Of a stretch of DNA of 28,698 bases, positions 1 to 9,611 are shown one piece after another. Source of the DNA: a virus (lineage: Duplodnaviria; Caudoviricetes); IMG/VR virus record IMGVR_UViG_3300020570_000028, positions 1 to 28,698 of that record. One strand, 5' to 3'. The first letter of the stretch is position 1. Each line of letters begins with the position of its first letter. The notes beneath the pieces were generated by a model that saw nothing but the letters and a program-made list of their open reading frames with translations, searched no databases and was not told the DNA's origin. The position numbers and the translations under genes are program-made.

Positions 1-2
1 TG

Positions 3-1622
3 GTTGATTTAGGAAACGGAGTTGTCGTCAACGCGGAGGCTCAGCTTCGCGAGCTTGACCGCGTCGAATGCGAAGACAGCCTGTACATGTTTTTGACGAA
101 TGCATGGCGGTTTTTAGATTCATCGCCATGGAAGGACGGCTGGCCGATTGAAGCGGTTGCCGAGCATTTGCAGGCTGTGGTGGATGGTGATATCAGGCGA
201 TTGATCATCAACATTCCGCCTCGTATGGGTAAATCCAGCATCACGTCCGTTGCATTACCTGCTTGGACGTGGGCTCAGTCGCAAAGATCGCCGACATCAG
301 GACCCGGCGTGCAGTTCTTGCATGCATCCTATGCAAACCAGCTTTCTTTGAGAGATTCGGTCAAGTGCCGGCGCTTGATCGAGAGCCCGTGGTATCAGAG
401 CCATTGGGGCGAGCGTTTTAAGTTGAACTCTGACCAGAACACGAAGTCGCGCTTCTCGAACGATAAGGGCGGCGAGCGCCTGATTACCTCGATTGGAGCT
501 GCGGTGACGGGTGAAGGTGGATCGATCATCGTGGTTGACGATCCCAACGCGGCAAACGAGGCATTCTCGGAAGCTTCCGTTCAGGCGACGATTGATTGGT
601 GGGACGGCACGATGTCGACCCGTCTCAATGACCCGAAGACCGGCGCCTACATCATCATTCAGCAGAGACTTGCCGAAGATGATTTGACAGGACATGTGCT
701 CTCAAAAGACGTTGGCGAGTGGACGCACTTGTGCTTGCCCATGCGTTACGAGCCAGAGCGATCTTTTGTTTCGACGATTGGCTGGCAAGATCCGCGAACC
801 GAACCCGGCGAGCTTCTCTGGCCGGAAAGATTTGGCGAGAATGAAGTCAAGGCTCTTGAGAAGGTCCTAGGCCCATTCAGCTCGGCAGGTCAGTTACAGC
901 AGCGACCTGAGCCCGCAGGAGGCGGCGTCATCAAGCGAGAGTGGTGGCAGCTTTGGGAGCCAGAAGCATTCCCTCCCATGGACTTCATCATCGCTTCTGT
1001 CGATACCGCCTACACGATGAAGACGATGAACGATGCGAGTGCCATGACCGTATGGGGTGTTTTTACCTCTGAAGCTGTGGCACAGCCTCATCGCATCATC
1101 GATGAGAGCGGTCGTCCCGTTTACGTCGACCGCATGTACAGCGAAGGCGCGCCTAAAGTCATGCTGATGCATGCATGGCAAGCAAGGCTCGAGTTGCATG
1201 ACCTCGTCGAGAAGATCGCCCGCACGTCAAAAGCTTTGAAGATCGACAAGCTGATCATTGAAAACAAAGCCGCCGGCATCTCGGTGGCTCAGGAAATCCG
1301 ACGCCTGTACCAAAACGAAAGTTTTGCCGTTCAGCTCTCGGACCCCAAGTCTCAAGACAAGTTGTCCCGCCTCTATTCGGTCCAGCATCTCTTTGCCGAA
1401 GGGATCATCTACGCACCGGATCGGACATGGGCTGAAATGGTCATCACTCAGGTGGGGCAATTCCCCCGTGGCAAGCATGATGACTTGGTCGACACCGTCT
1501 CGATGAGTCTTCGGCACCTGCGCGAAGTGGGTTTGCTGACCCGGGCTCCAGAGCGGCTACAAGAAATCGAATCGATGAAATCCTATCCCGGGCGCGAAGA
1601 TGTGCCCCTTTATCCCTGCTAA
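3..1622 (+). CDS. terL: Terminase large subunit (5'-truncated; frame open to the window edge)
   Basis: Walker A INIPPRMGKS, Walker B IIVVDD, coupling motif IIIQQR, RNase H-like nuclease motifs SVDTA, IIENKAAG and FPRGKHDDLVD. The frame is open upstream of the ATG at 87 (VDLGNGVVVNAEAQLRELDRVECEDSLY), so the true start is probably at or before position 1. Confidence 0.95.
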   Translation, partial: VDLGNGVVVNAEAQLRELDRVECEDSLYMFLTNAWRFLDSSPWKDGWPIEAVAEHLQAVVDGDIRRLIINIPPRMGKSSITSVALPAWTWAQSQRSPTSGPGVQFLHASYANQLSLRDSVKCRRLIESPWYQSHWGERFKLNSDQNTKSRFSNDKGGERLITSIGAAVTGEGGSIIVVDDPNAANEAFSEASVQATIDWWDGTMSTRLNDPKTGAYIIIQQRLAEDDLTGHVLSKDVGEWTHLCLPMRYEPERSFVSTIGWQDPRTEPGELLWPERFGENEVKALEKVLGPFSSAGQLQQRPEPAGGGVIKREWWQLWEPEAFPPMDFIIASVDTAYTMKTMNDASAMTVWGVFTSEAVAQPHRIIDESGRPVYVDRMYSEGAPKVMLMHAWQARLELHDLVEKIARTSKALKIDKLIIENKAAGISVAQEIRRLYQNESFAVQLSDPKSQDKLSRLYSVQHLFAEGIIYAPDRTWAEMVITQVGQFPRGKHDDLVDTVSMSLRHLREVGLLTRAPERLQEIESMKSYPGREDVPLYPC

Positions 1623-1630
1623 GGTGGATT

Positions 1631-1816
1631 ATGGACGATAGAATCAGGTGCTCTTGCACGGTTGACCCTTTGGGTCCAGAAAAGTGGCGCGTGGACGTCT
1701 GGGGCGAGTTCCCCTACGAGGCGTTCCGCCGTTCGTATACTATCGAGGCGAAAACTGATAATTTTGCCGCGCAAGAGGGTCTTCGGCGTTTCGTTGAAGA
1801 AATGTCTGCCCATTGA
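1631..1816 (+). CDS. Small hypothetical protein (61 aa)
   Basis: RBS-like AAGGTGGA just upstream; fills the terminase-portal gap with 8-nt and 14-nt spacers. Confidence 0.6.
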   Translation: MDDRIRCSCTVDPLGPEKWRVDVWGEFPYEAFRRSYTIEAKTDNFAAQEGLRRFVEEMSAH

Positions 1817-1830
1817 GAGAGGCCTAAGCC

Positions 1831-4176
1831 ATGCCATTGGTCCCCGGATTGACCCCGAATATTGCCATTCAGACTCCTGAAGGTCAGGCCATGCCCGACC
1901 CGACAGATATTGTCATTGAGCATGTTGAGGGCGCCGACGTCCCCGAAGTGGACCCGAGCGGCAATATCCTCAAGATCGAACACGAAGATGGCGCCGTCAC
2001 GCTGTCCGTCGATGACAATCCGCTTGGGAACGTCTACGGCGAGCCTAAAGAGCGCGACTGGTACGACAACCTCGTCGACGACATCGACCCGGCTGAGCTT
2101 GGCCGTATTTCATCTGATCTTTTGCGCGGCGTCGATGACGACCTGCAATCACGAAGAGAATGGGTCGAGGATCGCGCACTTGGTATGCGCCTCCTTGGCC
2201 TAAAGGTTGAAGTCCCAAGCTTGCAAGGCGCATCAGATGGCGCGCCCGTCGAGGGCATGAGCAAAGTTCGTCACCCTCTTTTGCTCGAAGCGGTTCTTCG
2301 CTTCCAAGCTAATGCCAGATCTGAGCTTCTGCCGACTGATGGCCCGGTCAAAATTCGCAACGACGATAATCAGGCTACGCTCGAGACAGATCAGCTTGCC
2401 AATTCTTTGCAGCGCGACCTCAACCATTACCTGACGGCGGTTGCGACCGAGTACTACCCAGACACCGACCGCATGCTTTTGATGCTCGGATTCGGTGGCA
2501 CGGCTTTCAAGAAGGTTTATTTCTGCCCTCTTCGAAATCGACCGGTATCGGAAACCGTTGATGCCGACGATCTGATCGTCAATAACGCCGCGACCGACCT
2601 TGCGAATGCCAAGCGCATCACGCATCGCATTTACATGCGGCCCTCTGTCGTCAAGAGAATGCAGATTTTGGGCGTCTACAAGGACGTCAGTCTCTCGACA
2701 CCGAGCCAGCCGACGCTTGACTCGCTCCAGAGAGAAGAAAAGTCTCAGCAAGGTCTCTCCCCCGAAGCTTCAAGCCCGGAAGATCGCGACCGCGAGATCT
2801 ACGAGTGCTACTGCGAGCTTGATATCAAGGGTTTTGAGCACACGCACAAGGGCAAAGTCACGGGTCTTGAGATCCCCTATCGCGTCACTATCGACGTGAC
2901 GACGAAAGAAATCCTGAGCATCGTCCGAAATTACAGGGAAGATGATGCTGTGCTCCCCGAAGCGCGAAAGGTGTTTACCAAGTACACCTTCGTGCCGGGC
3001 GTGGGCTTTTACGATATCGGCTTGCTTCACATTCTTGGCAACACCACGAATGCGATCACGGCAGCGTGGCGTGAGTTGCTCGATGCCGGCATGTACTCGA
3101 ACTTCCCGGGCTTTCTCATGGCAGATACCGGGGCCCGGCAGAACACGAATATCTTCCGCGTGCCTCCGGGTGGTGGCGCTCTTGTGAAGACGGGCGGCTT
3201 GCCTATCAATCAAGCCATCATGCCTCTGCCCTATCAGCCGCCCTCACAGGCCCTGATGATGCTCGTGAGCAATATGGCTGAGACCGGCCAAAGAATCGGC
3301 GGTACGAGCGAGCAACAAGTTGGCGAAGGCAAGATTGATGCGCCGGTTGGAACGACTTTGGCCGTCATCGAGCAAGCAACCAAGGTCATGAATGCCGTTC
3401 ATAAGCGACTTCATGCCGCGCAGGCCGAAGAATTCAGGCTCCTTTGCGATGTGTTCCGCGACCATCCAGAGAGCTTTTGGCAGCGTGGTTGCCGAACCAA
3501 CACTCAGTGGGACGAATACACGTTCAACAAGGCCCTTGATAACTGCGAACTTGTGCCGCAAGCGGACCCGAACACGTCTTCTGCTGCTCAGCGCATGATG
3601 AAAGTCATGGCCCTGAAGGAGTTGGCGGCAGCTAATCCGTCAATGTACGACCCGATTGCCATTGATACGGCAGCTCTGCAGGCTATGGGATGGAGCAATC
3701 CTTCGCAATTCTTTGCGCCGCCTTCTGCTCAGGCCAAGCCACCGCCGGAGCTGCAAAAGGCGATGGCAGACATTCAGATCAAGAAGCAAGAAGCGGACGC
3801 CAAGTCCAAAGAAGCGGATGCTCGGGCACAAGAGGCGCAGGCTCGGGTTGCCGAGACGCAAGCAAAGATCCAACAAGGCGCCTTTGCGCCAAAGGGCGCT
3901 GCCCTTGGCGCAGGCGCTCCCGGCGGCGATCCATCTCAGATGATGGAAATGCAAATGAAGCAGGCCGATTTCAATCTTAAACAGCAAGAGTTGGGCGCTC
4001 GAGCACAGCAGCATCAGGTCGATGATCGAAATCGCGACCTTGATCGTCAAAGCCGCGAACGAATTGCGCTCCTGCAGCTTGCTCGAGATGTCATGCTTCA
4101 CCCGGGCGAGGCGCAGGCGGCTCAGCCTGAGCTTGGACCGCTCGAGAGAAGCCTCGGCACCATCCAGCAACAATGA
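1831..4176 (+). CDS. Portal protein (P22-like), 781 aa, with coiled-coil C-terminal extension
   Basis: Follows the terminase; motifs typical of this portal class (SRREW, HPLLLEAVLRFQA, GTAFKKVYF, PGVGFYDIGL, LLDAG, APVGTTLA, VHKRLH); Q/A/K/E-rich helical tail. Confidence 0.88.
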   Translation: MPLVPGLTPNIAIQTPEGQAMPDPTDIVIEHVEGADVPEVDPSGNILKIEHEDGAVTLSVDDNPLGNVYGEPKERDWYDNLVDDIDPAELGRISSDLLRGVDDDLQSRREWVEDRALGMRLLGLKVEVPSLQGASDGAPVEGMSKVRHPLLLEAVLRFQANARSELLPTDGPVKIRNDDNQATLETDQLANSLQRDLNHYLTAVATEYYPDTDRMLLMLGFGGTAFKKVYFCPLRNRPVSETVDADDLIVNNAATDLANAKRITHRIYMRPSVVKRMQILGVYKDVSLSTPSQPTLDSLQREEKSQQGLSPEASSPEDRDREIYECYCELDIKGFEHTHKGKVTGLEIPYRVTIDVTTKEILSIVRNYREDDAVLPEARKVFTKYTFVPGVGFYDIGLLHILGNTTNAITAAWRELLDAGMYSNFPGFLMADTGARQNTNIFRVPPGGGALVKTGGLPINQAIMPLPYQPPSQALMMLVSNMAETGQRIGGTSEQQVGEGKIDAPVGTTLAVIEQATKVMNAVHKRLHAAQAEEFRLLCDVFRDHPESFWQRGCRTNTQWDEYTFNKALDNCELVPQADPNTSSAAQRMMKVMALKELAAANPSMYDPIAIDTAALQAMGWSNPSQFFAPPSAQAKPPPELQKAMADIQIKKQEADAKSKEADARAQEAQARVAETQAKIQQGAFAPKGAALGAGAPGGDPSQMMEMQMKQADFNLKQQELGARAQQHQVDDRNRDLDRQSRERIALLQLARDVMLHPGEAQAAQPELGPLERSLGTIQQQ

Positions 4177-7100
4177 TTCCGAATCACAAAGCCATGCAGC
4201 GGGCGATGATGATCGCCCAAGATATTGCCCAGCAAATCGACCCTGCTTATGGCCGAGTGAATTTACCTCCCACTGCGGGTGGAATCCCTGAGGAATACCA
4301 ACAGGGCGGAGCCATTGTCGACCCAAACGTACTGAATGAACTAGCAAAAAGCGCCGTCTCTGCCATCAACAAAAGCAGAGCCGGTCTTGCATATGGAGGA
4401 ATTAGTGATGAAAGAGATCAAATCGAAAATGCCGGATCATATTTTGAAGCACCAGCCGAAGAGAGAGGACTTCCAGACGCAGGAGGAGTACGAGGAGGCG
4501 AAAGCGTACTTCCGGCACCGGTTCAGACCCGCTCTCCAGAGCCACTCGAAGGCCTCCCAACCCAAGTAAAGATTCCTATGACCGGCGAGATGATCGAAGC
4601 CGGTCCCGATGAGCGCATCCGAAAGGTTGCCGAGGATTACATGCGGTCGATTGGCCGCGAGTACAAGCCGGCAAGCGTTTACGCCAAAGTGGAGCCTGAG
4701 CGAGCATCTCGAATTGCTCAGGCTTATCACGAGATGAAGCACGATCCGAGCGACTCTTTTGTGAGGTCCGCTTACGATCAGATGCTCAAAGAGACGATGG
4801 ATCAGTATCAAGCCGCCAAAGAGGCTGGCTTCAAAGCTGAATTCTGGAATCCAGAAAAGGATGAGGACCCGTACAAGGCCTCACCTCGTCTTGCCATCAA
4901 AGACATCAACGAAAACCATCACATGTACGTCTTTCCGACCAGAGCTGGATTCGGAAGCGACGAAGAGATGGCGGCTCAGTTGAAGGACAATCCGCTCCTT
5001 GCCGACAGCGGCGAGAGATGGAATGGCGAGCCCGTTACGTACAACGACATCTTCCGCGCCGTTCATGATTACTACGGTCATGCGAAAGAGGGCGTCGGTT
5101 TCCGAGCAGATGGGGAAGAGAATGCATGGCGATCTCACGCCTCCATGTACTCTCCTCTCGCTCGATTGGCCATGACCTCAGAGACTCGAGGTCAAAATAG
5201 CTGGCTCAATTACGGACCTCATGGCGAACGTAATCGCAATGCAAGGACCGAAGACACAATTTTTGCTGATCAAAAGATTGGGTTACTACCCGCCTTTGCT
5301 ATTCACGAGGGCGCAGAAGATTTCATGCGCCCCGAGGACGTTGCCGAGGTCCGCCAACTTTACAAGCGGACAAAGCGCGAAAAAGGCGGCGCAACCATAA
5401 CCACGCCCGTGCTTGATAAAGACAAAGCCATTCGGCGTGCGTTAAGAATTGCAAAACAAGAAGGCGGTCCATTGAGCGGCGGCATGCAGTCCCGTGGACT
5501 CGACTTCCCAGCCGAGGATTCCGCATTTCGGCTTCGCACCAAACTTAATCGAGAAGCGAAAGTCGCTTCAGGTAAGGCAGATCCGGGCTTGCCAAGCAAT
5601 CCGCGCATGACAATCCGCGCACCGGAAGCGGAAGAAGGCGGAAATCAGCTCCCCGACTTTGTTGTCGGCCCGGTGACGCCGCAAGACTGGATCGATAGAC
5701 ACGAGCAGATCTTGTCTCCTGACGAAATCACGCACGCTTCGCAGTGGTACAAAAATATTTATGGCAATTTCCTGCAGTACACCAACAACGATGAAGCGCA
5801 GGCCAAGCCGTTAATGCGCGCATGGTTGGTAGCGCAGCAAAACGTCAGCCCGGCTGGCGCGATGCAGAACGTTCTTCTGCAAAAAGAGCAGATGCAGCGC
5901 GGCGTGCCCGAGAATATGTGGCGAGCTGGCGGTATGCCGAACCCCACCAATGCGGCTCGAGCTGTTCTGCAGGACAAGCCGATTGCCGGTGGCGTCGGTC
6001 AAAAGATTTCCGACTTTGTCGACTCGGCAGAAGGGCTCGATACGAGATCATTCCTTGGCCATGATCAAAAAGGCGGCAAGCCTTTTGTTATTGATGTGCA
6101 TTCTGCTCGAGATACAGGCCTTGTTGATCCGGCGCTGCTCAATCATTTGCGCGGCCTCGGGTATAACGAAGAAGATTTGGCCAAGGTGCAAACTGATTTT
6201 GAAGCGTCGCCCAGCGATGCGCAGTATGAGAACCGCGCCCAGTGGGGCCGCGATCTGACAGATCATCTCAACAGCATCAAGTGGCAAGGCAAGAACGATT
6301 GGCGCCCGGAAGAGATCCAAGCCGTGGGCTGGATGGGCATGACCAAGCTCACACGAAATGCCGAAGAAGATTCGGCGTCCGGTCTTTCCCGAAACTTGCG
6401 TCGCGTTTCTTTTGAACTCGCGCCGGGCGAAGGTTCGCCATGGGCAGCCAAGTACGGTGAAGCTTTTAACACGCTTCCTGACGATGAGCGCGCACTGATC
6501 ACTCAAACCATGGGTGGCCGGGCGATGGAAATTGCCAACGAGCTGGCGCAAACCCATGCCGTCAACACAGTCTACGGCACCGGCGCATGGCAGCAATATC
6601 AGAACCCGGCAGCCGTTGCACAGGTGCTTGCGACCGAACAAGGCGCAGATATTTTGGCTCACTCGATTGGCCATCTATTGCACCAGACTGAGGTTTGGCA
6701 CAACCGCGCAAAACCCATGACGGCAAATCCAAAAGGTTTTGCCATCGATTTTATTGAGAAAGGATCAAACAATCTTGCCGATAAGGGCCAGCTCCAAGAC
6801 TTTTGGTCAAAGGTTATGGATGCGGATAAAACAGGATTGGTTCAAGGTTATCAGCCCATCACGCTGCCCTCTGGTGAGAGCGGCGTGCGGGTCCTTGTTG
6901 ATAAGGGCGGAAAGAAAACCTCAGAAAATTTGTTTAAGGCGCTTAGCGCAGATGGCGAGCTTGGTACAATGCTCAAGTCATTGCCCTATGACGTTCAAGC
7001 GCAATTGGCCGAAGCTGAAATATCGAAAGCTAGAAACGATTGGAAGGAGAATCCAAATGGGGAACTATACGTTCAAGGGCTACGTGACATCTTGGGATCA

Positions 7101-7367
7101 GATCCATCAGCCCGTCTCAGTGCTGCTGGATCACAACTTGAGAAAGAACTCGAAGCCCTCCTCGACCAAGCCTACACAAGGCAAGGACGGGCATGGCGAA
7201 CAGCGCAAGGACCAGAAGAAGGCCAAGTAACGGCGGTAAAGCCCAAGAAAACTCGGGCAAAGGCCAAGGAGCCCCCAGAGCCTACCGCTGGCATGGCCTC
7301 TGGTGGTATTGTTGACCGCGCCTTGAGAGTGGCAGAAAAAGCTCGGAGACCCAAATGGCTGGCATAA
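4173..7367 (+). CDS. Large multidomain (polyvalent-like) protein, 1064 aa; HDxxGH domain plus HhH-glycosylase-like domain
   Basis: ATGA overlap with the portal stop; long ORF; globular blocks (FRAVHDYYGH...GEENAW...ETRGQNSW and WY...GQKISDF...VIDVH...IQAVGW) separated by charged linkers with xxGG motifs. Function is inferred. Confidence 0.7.
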   Translation: MIPNHKAMQRAMMIAQDIAQQIDPAYGRVNLPPTAGGIPEEYQQGGAIVDPNVLNELAKSAVSAINKSRAGLAYGGISDERDQIENAGSYFEAPAEERGLPDAGGVRGGESVLPAPVQTRSPEPLEGLPTQVKIPMTGEMIEAGPDERIRKVAEDYMRSIGREYKPASVYAKVEPERASRIAQAYHEMKHDPSDSFVRSAYDQMLKETMDQYQAAKEAGFKAEFWNPEKDEDPYKASPRLAIKDINENHHMYVFPTRAGFGSDEEMAAQLKDNPLLADSGERWNGEPVTYNDIFRAVHDYYGHAKEGVGFRADGEENAWRSHASMYSPLARLAMTSETRGQNSWLNYGPHGERNRNARTEDTIFADQKIGLLPAFAIHEGAEDFMRPEDVAEVRQLYKRTKREKGGATITTPVLDKDKAIRRALRIAKQEGGPLSGGMQSRGLDFPAEDSAFRLRTKLNREAKVASGKADPGLPSNPRMTIRAPEAEEGGNQLPDFVVGPVTPQDWIDRHEQILSPDEITHASQWYKNIYGNFLQYTNNDEAQAKPLMRAWLVAQQNVSPAGAMQNVLLQKEQMQRGVPENMWRAGGMPNPTNAARAVLQDKPIAGGVGQKISDFVDSAEGLDTRSFLGHDQKGGKPFVIDVHSARDTGLVDPALLNHLRGLGYNEEDLAKVQTDFEASPSDAQYENRAQWGRDLTDHLNSIKWQGKNDWRPEEIQAVGWMGMTKLTRNAEEDSASGLSRNLRRVSFELAPGEGSPWAAKYGEAFNTLPDDERALITQTMGGRAMEIANELAQTHAVNTVYGTGAWQQYQNPAAVAQVLATEQGADILAHSIGHLLHQTEVWHNRAKPMTANPKGFAIDFIEKGSNNLADKGQLQDFWSKVMDADKTGLVQGYQPITLPSGESGVRVLVDKGGKKTSENLFKALSADGELGTMLKSLPYDVQAQLAEAEISKARNDWKENPNGELYVQGLRDILGSDPSARLSAAGSQLEKELEALLDQAYTRQGRAWRTAQGPEEGQVTAVKPKKTRAKAKEPPEPTAGMASGGIVDRALRVAEKARRPKWLA

Positions 7368-8281
7368 TGCTCACCCCCGAAATGCAGGCTCAATACGGAG
7401 TTGATGCCAACGGGAATCCTGTTGGTGTTGGGTCAGTGACTGAGCCTGCGATTCCGAATCCAACTCCCACTCCCACAGCGACGGGTAAAGGCGCTTCATC
7501 CCAATTACCGAGCAGGGTTGGGGATGCTTTTCAAAGAACGGCAACCGGCAAAGGAGCCGCAAGCGGAAAAGGTCCGCGACCGGGTCCGGCACCGGGCGCT
7601 GTAGGAGAGCCTGCCATTCCGGGCAGCATGCAAAATAACTTTCAGCAAGACCCCATGGCCCAACGAGGCCTACAGTCAATGGGACTTGCGCAGCCCTTTT
7701 ACATGGCAAACGTGTCCGATCTGGCTCAGCCATCAATGGCGGGCCAAGCGTCATACATGCGCCAAATGGCGGGTCTAGGGCAGACTCCCATGGCGCAGTC
7801 GCCAATGGTCACTCCAATGCCTCCTGCGCAATTCCCACCTACTCAGCCGCCTGTCACTTTTGGTGGGCAACCTCCTGCGGCGACGGGCAAAGGACCCGGG
7901 ACGGGGGGCGCTCCGTCTACAGGAAAGCTTCCGCAGTCGCAGTCACCAACCCCAACAGCAGGCGGCAAAATGCCTACTTCAGGCGGCACGACGCCAGAAA
8001 CGGGCGGCGGGTACATGCCTCCGCAAACGCCAAGTGCGCCACCTACAACTGTGCCCAGCAGCGATATTGCAGCACCTGCCGTCATGCCGACTACGCCAGA
8101 ATACAGCCCGCAAGAGCCAATATCAGGCGGCGGAATGGCGACCCAAGTTCAAGGTCCCGTAATGGAAAAACAAGCTGGCGGTAGCACTTACGGATTTGAT
8201 TCTTCACAAATTCAGGACGCTCAAAACGAGATGATCCGGCGCGCAATTGACGCTGCTGCCGGAGTAGGTCCAAAATCCTAG
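7355..8281 (+). CDS. Pro/Gly/Thr/Gln/Met-rich low-complexity protein, 308 aa
   Basis: GGAG RBS at 7345-7348; overlaps the previous stop; repeated (A/S)(T/S)GKG motifs; alternative start at 7367. Confidence 0.75.
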   Translation: MAGIMLTPEMQAQYGVDANGNPVGVGSVTEPAIPNPTPTPTATGKGASSQLPSRVGDAFQRTATGKGAASGKGPRPGPAPGAVGEPAIPGSMQNNFQQDPMAQRGLQSMGLAQPFYMANVSDLAQPSMAGQASYMRQMAGLGQTPMAQSPMVTPMPPAQFPPTQPPVTFGGQPPAATGKGPGTGGAPSTGKLPQSQSPTPTAGGKMPTSGGTTPETGGGYMPPQTPSAPPTTVPSSDIAAPAVMPTTPEYSPQEPISGGGMATQVQGPVMEKQAGGSTYGFDSSQIQDAQNEMIRRAIDAAAGVGPKS

Positions 8282-8317
8282 CACCGGGACGCCGGTTGCA
8301 CTCCATGGAGAACTCAA

Positions 8318-9340
8318 ATGTCTAAGCTTGCAAAGTCGGCCCGGAAGGCAATGAAAGAAAAAGTTGCCCGGCTGACTAAAACTGACCCGAAGCAAAAAGT
8401 TGATGCGTCAGGCTATAGCCCGCCTGATGCGATGGATGCGGATGTGAAGACGGGCGCTCGCCCGATTCAACCGCGTCTCTACAAGCGAGGCGGCAAACTT
8501 GTCCGCATGAGCGGCGGCCAATGCGCTCCGCGAGCAGATCGCAAGAAGCGCAAGAGCGGCGGTAACGCGCTCGCAACTCCAAACAACATCATCAATCGCA
8601 ATGTTCGAGAAGCGAACGAAGAGCGCGAGGGCAAGAAGCATCGCGGCGCGTTCAAGCGTGGCGGACGTGCTCACAAGATGGGCGGCGGATATGCTGAAGG
8701 CGGTGAGCCGGTTAAGAAAGGCGGCCCGTCTGATGAGTCTTACGTCCCGCGCAAAGCCCTCGACTCGCTCAAGAAAGGCGGGGCCGTAAAGCACGCCGAC
8801 AAAAAAGCCGATTTGAAGGCAATTAAAGGGGCATTGCATAAGCATGAAAAGCAAAAACACCCGGGCAGCAAGCTCACAAAGCTCGCGCAAGGCGGCAGCA
8901 CGAAACTCGACGGCTCGTACCAAGGCACCCGCCCCAGCGGTGGTCGGATGGCGCGAAAAAGCGGTGGCCGCACTGGTAAGGGCAAAGTCAACGTCAATAT
9001 CATTATTGACAAGGGTGACCGACAAGGTGCGGGCCCTGTTCCGCCAATGGGTGGGCTTGCTCCGCCGATGATGCCGCCGGGCCTCCCGCCGGGCGGTCCT
9101 CCGGGTATGCCCCCGGGCATGATGCCTCCGGGTGGTCCTCCGGGCATGCCTCCGGGTATGCCGATGCCGCGCCGTAGTGGTGGCCGAGCTGTTCGCAAAG
9201 AAGGCGGTCGCTTGCAGGGTGTTGATAAGCCGGGCCGCGTAGGTCACCGGTCTTACAAGAACACCAGCGACATGGATGCCGGTTCTCTGAGCGGCCTTGG
9301 TCGGCTTGAGAAAGCCAAGATCTACGGAAAACAGAAATGA
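8318..9340 (+). CDS. Highly basic low-complexity protein with many K/R/A-x-GG motifs, 340 aa (possible internal/core virion protein)
   Basis: GGAG RBS upstream; K/R/G-rich; PPGM-rich segment; followed by an intrinsic terminator. Confidence 0.8.
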   Translation: MSKLAKSARKAMKEKVARLTKTDPKQKVDASGYSPPDAMDADVKTGARPIQPRLYKRGGKLVRMSGGQCAPRADRKKRKSGGNALATPNNIINRNVREANEEREGKKHRGAFKRGGRAHKMGGGYAEGGEPVKKGGPSDESYVPRKALDSLKKGGAVKHADKKADLKAIKGALHKHEKQKHPGSKLTKLAQGGSTKLDGSYQGTRPSGGRMARKSGGRTGKGKVNVNIIIDKGDRQGAGPVPPMGGLAPPMMPPGLPPGGPPGMPPGMMPPGGPPGMPPGMPMPRRSGGRAVRKEGGRLQGVDKPGRVGHRSYKNTSDMDAGSLSGLGRLEKAKIYGKQK

Positions 9341-9347
9341 TGTAGAC

Positions 9348-9387
9348 AAAACGGGCGGTTGGCAGATACGCTAACCGCCCGTTTTTT
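9348..9387 (+). terminator. Rho-independent terminator (possibly bidirectional)
   Basis: AAAACGGGCGGTTGGC-agatac-GCTAACCGCCCGTTTTTT: 16-bp stem with one G-U pair, A-tract before and T-tract after, 7 nt past the stop codon. Confidence 0.9.
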
Positions 9388-9399
9388 ATTGGTATTGTT

Positions 9400-9600
9400 A
9401 TGTTGTCATTCAATAATTTATTTGAAGCTGAACTGAAAAAATTGATACAGCAAGAGATTGACCGGATTACTGAGAATCTTCAGACCGGCATTTCCATCAA
9501 TGATCATGTCGAATACAAACTTCAAGTTGGCAAAATTGCCGGCTTGAGATTTGCCATGGAGGTCTGCGAAGAAGCGCAGCACAATATTATTCAACGCTAA
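9400..9600 (+). CDS. Small helical hypothetical protein (66 aa)
   Basis: Fills the terminator-GroES gap; the Y...VGKIAGL pattern resembles small proteins commonly found before phage GroES genes. Confidence 0.7.
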   Translation: MLSFNNLFEAELKKLIQQEIDRITENLQTGISINDHVEYKLQVGKIAGLRFAMEVCEEAQHNIIQR

Positions 9601-9611
9601 ATGGAGCACGC

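Noticed and set aside
8408-9349. 313-aa antisense ORF
   Set aside because: Mirror of the low-complexity basic protein; no independent evidence.
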